The notes under the pieces were generated by a model. It ran no database searches. It was not told where the DNA came from and saw only the letters and a list, made by a program, of their open reading frames with translations. A stretch of DNA of 64,000 nt from Utricularia gibba. Its lineage: Eukaryota > Plantae > Magnoliophyta. Both the position numbers and the translations under genes were made by a program. The stretch covers positions 744,001 to 808,000 of the forward strand of contig NEEC01000007.1 in the NCBI GenBank assembly GCA_002189035.1, read 5' to 3'. How positions within the stretch are numbered: position 1 is the stretch's first letter; the number at the start of each line of letters is the position of its first letter. Positions 1-12,300 of the stretch are shown one piece after another.

Positions 1-1259
1 AAATTAGGCCGATACTGTGTGAAGGCGTGAGGCAGTGGGAAAAATGAGTAATCGACACAAGGAGAAGAAAAAGTGCAGGGGAGTTGTCTCTGACTCTGAT
101 GATGTTGTTGTTGGGTAGCGTCGACGGGGACCTAACGGGGCTTTAGCAGCGTAATTTCACGGCAATGACAAGGTCAAAACGGTGAACTCACCGGCCAATG
201 GCGCACTGCATTGATGGCGATGCCCCGCATTTGACAAAAAGAAAAAAAAAAAAGAAACGAAATGGGAGCAAACAATGATGTAGAGAAAGAAGGTTGCAAG
301 TGTTCAGAAAGAGGGAAAAACGGGAAGCCATACGCAACTCATCATCACTTTCACTTCATTACATGATTGAGGGTGGGATAAGAAGAAGAAGAAAAAAACA
401 GAGTGTCTCTTGCTACTCTTCTTCTACTTGTTTATCCTGGTGAATTCTTCGTTTCTGTCGGAATCGCATATTCAGAGTCCGCTTTTTTCCAGTGGAATCT
501 GATGCCACTTTTGATTTTGCATTTGGGTGGTGGCTGTTGGCTACTCGTTGCAAAGTACCAATCGTTGGCATGGTGACACTTTTTGGTCTCTTATCACCAT
601 TGAAAAGAGAACATCTGTTGTTGGTTGTGTAGAGATCTCAGCACAGACAAGGGTCTGTTGAAGAACCGCTTTGTTCTTGTTTCTTTACAGTTTCTGGGTT
701 ATTCGGTCTGGGATTTTCACTTGCTTCTGGCATCTTTTTGCCTTCTTGGGTAGTGATTTCTTGGTTTTCTTTTTTTATCCGCGTTTCTGGAACTGGGAAG
801 TTCCATCCCAAAGCAAGTGCCCCAATTTTCTGGAGAATAGTATGTCTATCGCTACCCCAACTTTTTGCTCTGCGTTTCAGTGCTGTTTTCGACTTCCCCG
901 GTGTCCCTTTTCTGGAGTTCGCAAGACCTCTGTTTCTTTCGTTTAAACCACATAAAATGACGACCACTGAGCTTTATGTAAGCTTCAGAATTTCATGAAT
1001 CCCTTGTTTCGCAGCTCCTAGCTCAATAGTTACACATAAAATAACGTTTCCTTTGGCTAAGATTTCATTTCTTCGGCGATATTTCCTCCATTCATTCGTA
1101 CTTTTGCTGTTTTCCAGGGTTCAACTAAACTAATGATGAGATCTTGAAGGTGGGTTTTGCTTCTGGGTCAGAGTGAAAAATTATTGATCAGGTTTTGGGG
1201 TAGGAGAAGTTCAAAGCTCTTGTGACTGTTTTCAGACAGCACAAGAGGGAAGCGAATTG

Positions 1260-4200
1260 ATGTTTACCAATGAAAACCCTCCACATAGTTCCCCATTTTA
1301 TCGTGAAAATTCACAGCCCGGTGACGATTTGTTGGAGTCAAGCAGCAATGTTGAAAACCCACTTCCTAAATTCTCCATAAGGTTGATTTCTGTACCATTT
1401 CTACTCTTTTGTTCTGTTCTCGTGGCATATTTTCTCTGGTTGTTCAGATCCAAGAACATGGGATCTTTTTCAGAGTCCAAACTTGGTTCTTGATCAACTT
1501 TCTTTGTTGAATCCTGGAAATTTATCATATCAAAGTTGTCATTTTATGCTTTTATTCTGCTAGTTAAACCTGATTACGCATCTTCTTGTTTTTCTGTGGC
1601 TAAGGAAGAGCTCATAAATGTTGCAGAGATTTTGTTTCTCAGAATCGGGTGAGAGATCTGAAGAATAACTGGCCATTCTCTCAGGAAAGCTTGCAATTTT
1701 GCTTAAAGAATGAAGTGGATGATGTACTGCCGCCTTTTCAGTCACTGGATTCTCTGAGAAATCGCGGTAAGTTGACAAAAATTGCTTCTTTAAAAGAGAA
1801 AGCTGCCGGGGTAGTGGAGAACGTTGCCTCATTTGAGCTTGAAGGAGATGAAGAATTCCCATCAAGAGCAAGAAGTATACTTGTTTCTGCCTTGAACTCA
1901 GTTTCCCCAAAAATAAATCCCGAGGAAAGGACTGAATTTGCTGTTCTAAAGAGCAACAAGAGTAGCATTCGAAGCATAGATAAGAAACGTAGATTTCCAG
2001 TTGCTGATCGAATAACTAAAGAAGATTCAGCTGTGAACTCATCGATGGCATCAGAGACAATGGCATCTCAAGTCTGCCCAGTTTGCAAGTCATTTTCTTC
2101 ATGCTCAAATACCACTTTGAATGCTCACATTGACCAATGTCTCTCTGTGGTTCCCTTATCTAGCTCGCAAGCATGTGAAAAAGCTTCCAAGCATAAGATA
2201 AAGAGAAGGCGAATTCGATTAATGGTGGATATATATGAAACAGCTTGTTGCTATACACTGGAGGATCTTGATCGAAGGAATGGAACGAACTGGGCTTCAA
2301 ACTTGAGCGAACTGCCAGAGAACTCAGAGGCAGTTGCTGAAGAGCATGATAAAGTGCAGGCTTCAAGCATCCGTGATAAGGATGATGTCTTCATTGACTC
2401 TAATGGCATGAAGCTTCGCATTTTATCTAGAGTCGATGGGAGACGTTCAGAGGAGAGATCCAAAGGTGGCGGCTCTGAGCCAACCGAGCTTGATGATGGC
2501 GAATGTGGAAACAGATCTTTGTTAGCAAAGAAGAGGAAGCATCTTGTGCAGAAACTTAAGCTTCCTCGTCCAGCCTGCGGACAATGGGGTGGTTCTGCTA
2601 ATTCCACCTTGAATCACCAGGTATGACCATTTTCTTTTTAAGTAATACAAGTTTGAAGCTTGGCTTTTGTGCTCATGAATTCACGTTTAGTTGAGCATGT
2701 TAGGCTATTAAAAATAACTTCTCTTTGCTTGGATCAATCCAGATTAGAGCTACACGGCTGACAAGATTCTCACCTGATGTTTCCAAGAAGGGCCTTGTGA
2801 AGCCTCGAAAGAAGAAGGTGATGAAAGATTCCATAGAAAGGGTGGTCAACGTGAAGCTGAAGAATGCTTTACCATCCCCTAGGGACGAGGTATTGAAGAG
2901 AAAGAGTAGCTCAATATCTGCATCATTTTTTGATGAGGATCATCCTCTAGCTAGTGACAGCTCGAAAACAGATTCAGATTCATCATTCAGTTATTCTGAT
3001 GAATGTCTTGAACCACTTTCTGTGAGGAGCGTGGGATTTCTGTCGTTGAAGAGAAAAGATGATAAGCGGCGTATGCCATCTTGGCGCATACCCAAGGAAT
3101 CGCCAAAAGATAACTTATCTGTTAATGGTGGACATGAAGACTCCCAGAATTCTACTCAAAGTCTTCTCTCTTCAGTTAAAAGGAAGGCCAAGATAAGTGG
3201 TTATTCAGGCTCTATATGTGATGGTAAGAAGTTGTCACCTTTGGGAAAGTCTTTGATCTGCTCGTCAGGATCTGATGAAGAGGGTGTGCTAGTATCACAG
3301 TCTACAATACACAGGAATGGAAAATTGGTGGAAACAACGAATAAGCATCAAGGCCAGCTTGAAAAGTCCAGTAGCAATCCATCAGTTATTAGTTCAAAGC
3401 GATTGGCTCCGGTGAGCACTCATGATGGAAGCTTGAAGACATCGTGCGAATCAGATGTGAGTCATCCGGGAAAAACAGCCAATACTGGTTACAAAGGAGC
3501 TCATGCATTCAGTTTCCGAGATGAAGGTGAAAGATCCAATAAAGTTCCTTGTGAACCTATTCATGAAGTGGCTAGAGATGCATCGCACTCTTCCTACAAT
3601 GAGATAAATGGTTCACTTCATTGTGTTGTAGCATATAACCCTTCTGATATACTATTGTGTCAAGACTCAGTTACTCCGAACCATCAACTATTGGTGCAAA
3701 AGGATGATGCTCTTGAGGCTCCCAAGGATTCCTGTCCAGATGTTGCTCCGATTCTCATACCAGAACCACCTGGTTGCTTTTTGCCTAGTCCTGGCCATGT
3801 CAGCTCTGATGAACTTCAAGCAAATTCATCACTAACAACCTGCAGGCCCCCTTCTGATGATGAGCAAGGAACAGTTGATACAAATTCCTTGAATACGAAT
3901 GCTGTTGCAATTGCTGAGAAGTTGCATGCATATTCACATGCTCAATATCCAACCAGAGTCAGCGTCTTGGAAACTCGAAACAGTTCTGCAGTTGAAGATT
4001 GTACTTTGTCGGAAAAGCTAGTTGGTGCAGAGAAGCAGGTCAACAGTTTGATTTCACCCCAAGTGATTCGTAAGAGCTTTTGCTCCAGGGAAGATGCAGC
4101 ATTACAAAATGCACCACCAAATTATCCCGGTTCACATTTTTATGGAGAACTAGCCGAACAGTGTGATTATCAGGCTTGTGAAGATTACATTTTCAGCCCG

Positions 4201-4875
4201 AAATCAAGATCACCTCATGATGCATGGCGGAATCCTGAAGCTCAACGGAATGAATCACACTCCAATGCTTATCCTCTAATGTCTTCTCGTTCTCATTCCG
4301 AGGCAATGCTTCCAGCTCTAGGGAATTTCAAGTCATCTCCTGAACCTGCCTCAAATCCTGTTCTAAGACTAATGGGGAAGAACTTGATGGTTACGAGCAA
4401 GTATGACAATCTTTCTCGTCAAACCAAGTGCAGTGAGACCAGCTTGATACGGCAGAATTGTGTCGATAACCCTTGTAACATCAACAGTTTGACGCCATCC
4501 ATGAAAACCGGTATCCCAGTGCAGCTCATTCGTTACCCGCGGTCGGATGGTTTTGCTGCTCCAGCTCATTTCCCCCATCCAATGGTTGGGAGAAATTACA
4601 CTGGGCATCACGGCTCAGAATCGACTCTCATGGACTATGATTGCGCGAACAGAAGGGGCCTGCCGATACCTGAACAGCAGCTTGGATCCATAATCAGACC
4701 AGACGCCTGTAGAGCATATGTTTCAGGTATGATGAATTCCATCACCCGGATGCCAAGTGAAGCTGCTTGGGTGCGTAGGTGTCACCAAATGAATGCGCAG
4801 GTGAAGCATCACGATCCATTCCGACCGGTGCTTCCCCCAAGGCCTTCCCTGTACTTTCCGCAAGGCTTTTCCTAA
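1260..4875 (+). CDS. HAPLESS8-like / UBZ-type C2HC zinc-finger protein, 3 coding exons (1260-1381, 1627-2620, 2743-4875)
   Basis: Spliced reading PLPKFSIR|DFVSQNRVRDLKNNWPFS across a GT-AG intron; CPVCKSFSSCSNTTLNAHIDQC zinc finger; C-terminal NPVLRLMGKNLMV motif. These motifs are recalled from the At5g56240/At5g56250 family. The start could be the adjacent upstream TTG/ATG. Confidence 0.7.
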
Positions 4876-4951
4876 CCTGATACGCTGTTCTCAGGATCGT
4901 GAAACCTGGTGTTCCTCGTCATGTTGAAAGTCGTTAATGATGCTTCACCCT

Positions 4952-5025
4952 GGCCTATTAGCTCAGTTGGTTAGAGCGTCGTGCTAATAACGCGAAGGTC
5001 GCAGGTTCGAGACCTGCATGGGCCA
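4952..5025 (+). tRNA. tRNA-Ile (anticodon AAT/IAU)
   Basis: GGCCTAT/ATGGGCC acceptor stem, A-box TAGCTCAGTTGG, anticodon arm TCGTG-CTAATAA-CGCGA, B-box GGTTCGAGACC, discriminator A. Confidence 0.96.
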
Positions 5026-5034
5026 CGCACGTTC

Positions 5035-5039
5035 TTTTT
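5035..5039 (+). terminator. Pol III oligo-T terminator of tRNA-Ile
   Basis: T5 run about 10 nt after the tRNA 3' end. Confidence 0.7.
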
Positions 5040-5478
5040 GTTCTACGTTTTTGCATGTTTTTATCACTTCTGTTTCAATTTACCACTGCCATGTAATTTG
5101 CTTTAAAGGAATTACCTTAATGCATGTAAAAAAATATCAAACTGGAGTAAATTTGCTCTGTATGCTGATGAGAAACACTACTGTTCTACAAGATCAAGAA
5201 GTACAAAAGCAAACAATGGGTTCAGTAACCCTTGCATTCATTGTACTTTTTTTATTTTCTGACAATAAAATTTTTTTTACTAACCTAAAAAACAGAGTAA
5301 AAAAGTCGAACTTTGGAACATTCATTGAATGGTGGAACCAGGATCCTTCATCTGCTGTTACAGAACAATGTGCTGCAGTTGCACTGCTATCAACATTTGA
5401 AATAATAAAAAATTATACACAAAACGAATAGTGTTGTTGTTGGTTTTTTTTTTTTGTTTTGTTTTGTTTTACAGGCAG

Positions 5479-7505
5479 CTAGAGCCCCAAAACTTTGGAC
5501 AGCCTCTCTGAGAGATTGGCTATCATAAATCCTGCAAACACCTGCAGAAAACAACACTTTTATGCATCACCCTCCCCTGGAAAGCATACAATATGGTCGT
5601 CTGGCTCACCTGGATAGATCCCAGAATGTAAACTGCCGAGTAATGCCGGCCATGAATCACCATGTCGGCCAGCATGGCGACGGGGATGGTCAGCGACATG
5701 CCCAAGGTAGCAACAAGAGGTGTCGTCCAGACGACAGATAATGCCCTGGATAACAACGCACACACACACTGGTTAGCATCATCGGCTGCAGTTTCCGGTA
5801 GGGCGGAGGGGAGTGCCGGACAGTGTACCATATGTAGTCAGACAGAACGCTGCCTATCAGCCCATTAGCGATAACAACTTCATCCACTTTAACTGAGTGG
5901 GGAACTGTGAACTTGGGTTCGATGCCGACTGCTGTCAATGGCCAAACTGAAAGCAATGCGGGATTCAGCAATCAAGTATCAGAATCATGTAATCTGGGAG
6001 CAGGGTTTGAGTTCTTACCCAACCACCAGAGGGCCACAAGAGTGAACAGTCCGATGTAACCAAACAGCTTCTGAACATCGACTTTATCCTCTTCCTCACC
6101 ACAGAATTTCTTCAGAAGAACTGCAGTGTCATGCCAAGAAGAAGAAAAGGTGTTACTGATGATGATGATGCCTTGATTTTGTGTTGTGGGAGATGCTCAC
6201 CGGTGAAAAAGCCGTAAGTCATTGCTGACATGAGGCCAAACAGATCCCCAATGAGAGTGCGCTCGCTGGTTCTTTAACACAACAAAAAAGGAGCCATGAG
6301 TCAGTCAGTCACCTGGATATGCATTAAACCCAGAGACTACTTGCTACTTACGAAGATGTATTCACTTCTGAATCATCAGTAGCCCAGGTTTTTCCGAAAG
6401 TTGTCATCACAACACCAGCAATGCTTACAAGCACAGCTGCTACCTTTGCAACGGTTAATGAATCACTCCCAGAAACGCCCCGATAAACAGAGTAAACAAC
6501 CCTGAAGTAGAAGATAATACTGTAGTGCTTGCAACACTAGTACGTGCAAGAGCAGCATTTGATAAATACTGCAGTAGAGAAATAAAATGCATATGAGGAA
6601 AATCCATCGATCTTTAGAAAGACAAATGAATGGAAAGTTATGGCATTTGGTTAACTTTTGATCTGAAATCAGTGCACATAGATGAGTCGTATAAGATTTA
6701 GAAACAAGACATATGGAGAACCTTCTCCATCTAAATGTAACACAAGCGAAATTACCTCAGTCACAAACCAAATAGGGGCAATGTAGAACCCATAGGTAGC
6801 AATATCTTTTGTAGTCATCACTTTTCCAGTCTTAATAATGCTAGCATTTTCCGGTGTTCTGGACACTAAAGGCATCCCCTCTTCATGTACTGATAAGTCG
6901 ATTTCACTGTTCTTCCTGTCGAGAGGTAATTGAATTTCCATTTCAAGGTTTTTCTGCCCATTAATGAACTCCAGAGGACGATGGCAAGCGTTGCTCTTCA
7001 CATCTGAAACTTTTTTGCTGTGTCTCTTAATCATATTCCAAATACAATCTTTTAAGAACGCTATTGGAAGATAAATCACCATCAAAGAAGCCCCGAGATA
7101 CGTCAGAGCAAACGGCTGCTTATAATCTACGAAAATACCCTGTTCCAAGAACCACATTGAAGGTTAAGGTGTTGGCTAATTTACATACGAACACAATCCT
7201 ATCTTTTTATCTTTTTTGGGCAGAACTGCACTGCAAGCCGGCAGCGACCTCAAGAAACTTACGGACAAAAGAAGGGGAAAGCAACTGGAAAAAAACCAAA
7301 TTGTAGATGGACGCTGGAAACCAACAAGCGAAAAAAGAACGAGCTTTGAGCTACCCAAGTCATAAAAGAATCTGTGATCTTAAGTTCGAGCAGGAAAGAA
7401 AAAAACAAAATAGAGACAACCGACCTGAGTAACCTCTGCAGAAGAAACCCATATGATCACCACCGCAGCAATTAACACTAACCCGACCTTATACCTCCAG
7501 CCCAT
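5479..7505 (-). CDS. EamA/SLC35F5 (THI74-like) drug/metabolite transporter, 8 exons; apparent -1 frame break at 6468-6470
   Basis: [27 protein letters not shown]|[16 protein letters not shown]...WFVTE|[27 protein letters not shown]...[16 protein letters not shown]...[20 protein letters not shown]; GT-AG junctions traced by hand. Confidence 0.88.
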
Positions 7506-8828
7506 CAAGAAAGAGCCAATTTTGATCCACCAGCAAATCAAGATCTCAACAGATCACCAATTACCCTCAAGATTGGATTTTTTAAAAACGCCTGCAGAAG
7601 GGGGCAACCGAGACAGAATAAAAACAGTAACCAAAACGTGACGTTGCAACAATAAATCGTACAATCTTCGTGTCGGTGTAAGATATGTTGAACGCTAGCG
7701 CCAATCAGAGAGCCTAAGGTCTAAGAGTAGAAGGGAAAGTAGTGGGAGGGTGACGACGGCGAATCTACTGCAGTAAAAGTTTCCAAAATCACATTCTCTC
7801 CCTGGGTTGATATCCATCTCCCTCGTCAGAATTTTACTGTCCTTAATCGAATGATCTTCGAAGGGCAAATCTAGAGTTCACAAAATAAAAAGCAGATGAG
7901 TCTTCACACAGAACTGTAAATAACCCGTGGTAATTTATTGTTACTGCTCCTTATTCTCTAGATTGGCAAACCCAAAATCTCCATTTTCCCATAACACAGA
8001 TATACATTTACTGGATAATTTTGCATTCTTCGACCACAAAAAAAAAAAAAAAATCCAAACTTCAGGGAATCTCTCACCTTCACACGTTAATTCCAGGAAA
8101 TGTGATCCCGAGAAAAACGGCCCGCAGTGAAAAATGTCTCATTTACCGTTCAAAAATGACAAGTTCCAAACTTTTTACCTTCAAAAGGAGTAAAACCCAA
8201 TTTTTTTATCCTTCTCACAAAGATCATAGAGTTCTTACTGCCATTGATTTTGCGACGATGGTAGGATCTACCACATGAAACTACCGCAGATCATCTTTCT
8301 TTCTTAAAAGTTTCGGAATCATGGCAAATCCGTGGTTCATCTTTCTCCTGTGTTCGTCCCTGGGACTAAGTTCTCGAGTCCTCGCCCTCAGAAATGTAAA
8401 CTTTACCTTGGTCAGGGATGCAATTAACAAAGGAGCAGGTGCCTTTTTCAGATTCTTTTCTGTGTTCACGAAACTATGTTGAATGTCCATATTGAAGAAT
8501 GTTGCGTGTAATCTGCACTTAGTGTGCACGGATGGCAGCCCTGCAGCCTACTCCTTCCTACCAGGGTCTGAATCCGGAGTCGACAATTGGATAGTCTTCT
8601 TAGAGGTTGTTGATGGTCTCATCACCCTTAAGGAAACATTTCTAAATTTCGACATTTTATCGACGAAAAATATGAACTTTCGCTACTTCTAAAGGCGCTG
8701 TCCTGATTTTGTGCACAAGGGTGCGCCACGGACGGGGGTTGCAACGAGAGACGCAGTCTAGACGTAGGAAGCACAGCCCACCACCAGAAGATCAATTTCA
8801 CCGAGATTTTAGAGGAAAACCCCGCGTT

Positions 8829-8833
8829 CAATC
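8829..8833. repeat. 5-bp target-site duplication CAATC (second copy at 14403-14407)
   Basis: Identical 5-mers flank the element; removing the element plus one copy restores PAE codons TTC AAT CCA G|gt. Confidence 0.92.
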
Positions 8834-9279
8834 TGTCAGCAAGTGGTGGAGCAACGAAGATCCGGGAAGTCTCAACCCGCGAAGATGAATGGCGCGCGAC
8901 CTCTGTTCCTCCCATGAGAAGCAACCCTCAATTAGATTGGGAAAAAGGCCTTATCATACTTGGGCCTCAACATTCCAAACTACTGGCCCAAGAAGAAGCA
9001 TCTGAAGCCCAGTCCATGAAAGAAGTCCTAGTAAATTCTGGCTGCTACACAGTAGATGAACAAGAGGACTAATCTACAGACTAAAGGCAACGGTCATATT
9101 TTAGGCCTGATATGATCCAACGGGCAACTCTCCTCATCTATATAAATCCCTGTTTGCTTTATGAAAAAAAAGGAAAGTTCTTTTCGATCCAAAAACAATA
9201 GTCAATATCCACAAACTTCAACATTCTCTCAACGTTCAACCAAGTCTCCAACAAAATCAAGCAGCCAAAAATACTTTTA
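8834..9279 (+). repeat. 5' LTR (TG...TA)
   Basis: TGTCAGCAAG...AATACTTTTA; no mismatch to 13957-14402 found by eye; TATA-like CTATATAAAT at about 9139-9148. Confidence 0.95.
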
Positions 9280-9297
9280 TGGTGAACCCGACGTGAA
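9280..9297 (+). promoter_or_regulatory. Primer-binding site complementary to tRNA-Trp 3' end
   Basis: TGGTGAACCCGACGTGAA is the reverse complement of TTCACGTCGGGTTCACCA, the 3' end of plant cytosolic tRNA-Trp(CCA) as recalled. Confidence 0.85.
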
Positions 9298-9344
9298 GAT
9301 ACTTCACCGACTCCCATCTCCTCTTATCATTGCAGTCTCTCAGA

Positions 9345-12300
9345 ATGGCAGCCCTCCAACAAGCTCCTCCAATCTTCACTGGTCAGCGCTACGCTTCTTG
9401 GGCAGTACGAATGGAAAGTTACCTGCAAATGAACGACTTATGGTCTGTGGTGGATCCTGTACGTCCAGACTCCTCTGAAATAGCCACAGCAGAAAGTCTC
9501 AAACTCACAGATGCTCAAGTAAAGAAAGCTAAGTATGCTCTGGATCAAGCCTTATCTGAAGAAGTGTTCAACCGTGTTATGCTACTGAAAAGTCCCAAAG
9601 ACATCTGGAAAAAATTGGAGGAATTCTACGGAGAGGATACGGAAGCCCGTGAGAGCCGCATTCAACGTCAATGGGAGCTCTTTGACAACCTGAAATTCTT
9701 ACCAGGTATGAGTATCTCTCATTTTTCAGAAACGCTAATCAAAATTGTCACTGAGTTACAGACCTTGGGAGAGCCCTTGGAAGACAGAAGAATTAAATCA
9801 AAAATACTCAGTTCCCTACCGCGGTCCTTTGCCCCTGTAGTCACTACTTTGCGGGTCACAGGCATTCACTCCATATCCTCCAGAAAACTACTAGAAAGAC
9901 TCAGTGAATCCGAAGTTGAAGTCGGACTTGGTGAAGGCCAGGAACTTGCCTTCAAGGCAACAGAAAATCAGAAAGGCTATGGTTCTCAATCATCAAATGA
10001 ACCGGTGATCTTTCAAGCAAAAATTGAGAAACCAAGTACTGGAGATTCATGCCCATTCTGCAAGCGAAAAGGCCATTCACCAACACAATGTTTCTGGAGC
10101 CCTGACGCCAAATGCCTGTACTGTTCTCTCCAAGGTCATGTGGACAAAGTGTGTCCCCTGAAAAAATACCATCAGATTGGAGGAAAGGCTGCAGATCCTA
10201 AGGACAAACTTACTAGCGCTATGAATGATGTAAATCTCGCAGCTGAAATGAATAAGAAGAAGATTGATATTTACTCTCTGCGCCGCAAAACTCTAATCAC
10301 ATCATTTGTGGATCTAAGGAAACAAGACATCTGGTTTATCGATAGCGGATGCAGTCATCATATAACCAACGACAAGAGTCTATTCACAACCTTCATCGAG
10401 CTAACTGGGAAAGTAATCGAAATTGCTGATGGAAATCACTTACAGGTCATCGGTCAAGGAACAGTTTGCCTTGAAACTGTCCAGAAATTAATCAAGATCA
10501 CAGACGTGTATCTGGTGCCCCAGGCCTACCACAATCTACTAAGCACTGGCCAGCTGGTTGAAAAGGGGATGAAAGTTCATCTGGAAAGTAATGAGTGCAA
10601 AATATTAGATGAAGAAGATAATATACTCCTTACGGTTGCTATGACTGATAGGGTCTTTCCACTGCTTCCGAATGCTACATCCATCGATTACAACATTTGC
10701 CTCAAGTCCCTAGAATCATCTGAGATTTGGCACCAACGGTTAGGTCACCATCACTATGCCTCCCTTATATCCATGAAGAAGAGAAACCTGGCAGAGGGGA
10801 TTCCTAATATAATTCCTGAGGAAAAACACTGCAGAATATGCTTTCAAGGGAAGATGAGCCGAACACCACTCCCTAAGTCCAGCATTCATTCTCAGAAAAA
10901 ATTGGAAGTTGTTACCAGTGACGTCTGTGGGCCCATGGCCTCTCCTACTCGAGCCGGCAACAAATATTACGTGATCTTTATTGACGAATATTCAAAGTAT
11001 ACCTGGATCTATCTCCTGAAGCATAAATCAGAGGTTTTGCACCACTTCCAAGTCTTCAAGGTCCTTGCAGAAACTCAAAGCAATAGTAAGATTCTAACAC
11101 TCCGGTCAGACAACGGAGGTGAGTACAAATCAACTGAACTGAGACACATTTGTGAGACAAATGGTATTACTCACCAGTTTACAACGCCATATACGCCAGA
11201 GCAGAACGGCATATGTGAACGAAAGAACAGGACAATAGTCAATATGGCTCGGTGTCTACTCTATCAAAAACACTTACCTCTAGAATTCTGGGGCGAAGCA
11301 GTCAACACAGCCGTGTATCTGTTGAACCGCCTGCCAACCAAAGGAAATAAAGACTGTAAAACTCCTTATGAGCTATGGTACAACAAAATTCCAAGCCTAG
11401 ATCACATGAAGGTATTTGGATCACCCTGCTATATATACATTCCAAAGGAGAAGAGATCAAAATGGGACAAAAGATCTGATGAAGGAATTTTCCTGGGATA
11501 TAGCAATACAAGTAAAGCCTACAGGGTACTGAATCTAAGAACAAATGAGGTGGAACTCAGTCGTGATGTAACAGTAGACGAGACTAGAATTTACAACTGG
11601 AGTTCCTCGACAACACATGACAAAAATCATTCTTATTCAGAAAATATATGGAATTTATTCCCTCAACAAGGACATGATGCAACAACCGAACCCCTCAGCA
11701 TCCACCCAGCGAGGAACAGTCCTAGTCAAGACTCTATTCAACAAGAAATGACAGCCTCAGGAACAAATATGTTAAGGGTCCAAGCAACCCTAGAAGATCA
11801 AATCACAAACTCAAATGATCGAGCCTCAAACTCAACAGATTTAAGAGGACACTCGGTGTCAACGACAGACATCCTAGAAGTCTCTAATAGCGAAAATTTG
11901 CCACCACCTAGTCCTGATGTTCCGAGAACAATTGAGCCCGAAAGCCCCTGTACAACAGAAGATCCTGTTAATACCCAACAGTTTCCAGAAGGCTCCTTGG
12001 CCACTACTATCGAAGACATGAGATATGAGGATGCAGACTCAGAGCACATACCTGAACAAACTCTAGAATGTCATGAAACCCTCATCAACAGCATCAGAAA
12101 TCCAAAGGAAATCACTGAGCTATCATCAACCGATACATCAGAAGAAGAAAACTCATCAGGAGAAGATGAAGAAACTCAAAACCGAGGACCCAACCTAGCA
12201 GCAAGAAATCCTATACTCATTCCCTCACCTCAAAGGCAAAGTTACCTGGAAGATTACGGACAAGAAGGGGTTCCTTACACCCCACATCATCTATGTATGG

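Noticed and set aside
638-1250. Several 80-110 aa ORFs on both strands upstream of the HAP8-like gene
   Set aside because: Low-complexity CT/GA-rich leader and intron sequence, TTG/GTG starts and no recognisable motifs; most likely the 5'UTR.
9161-9478. 105-aa ORF starting in the 5' LTR and overlapping the gag start in another frame
   Set aside because: Its ATG is only about 22 nt after the LTR TATA box and probably upstream of the TSS; no homology recognised. Not called as a gene.
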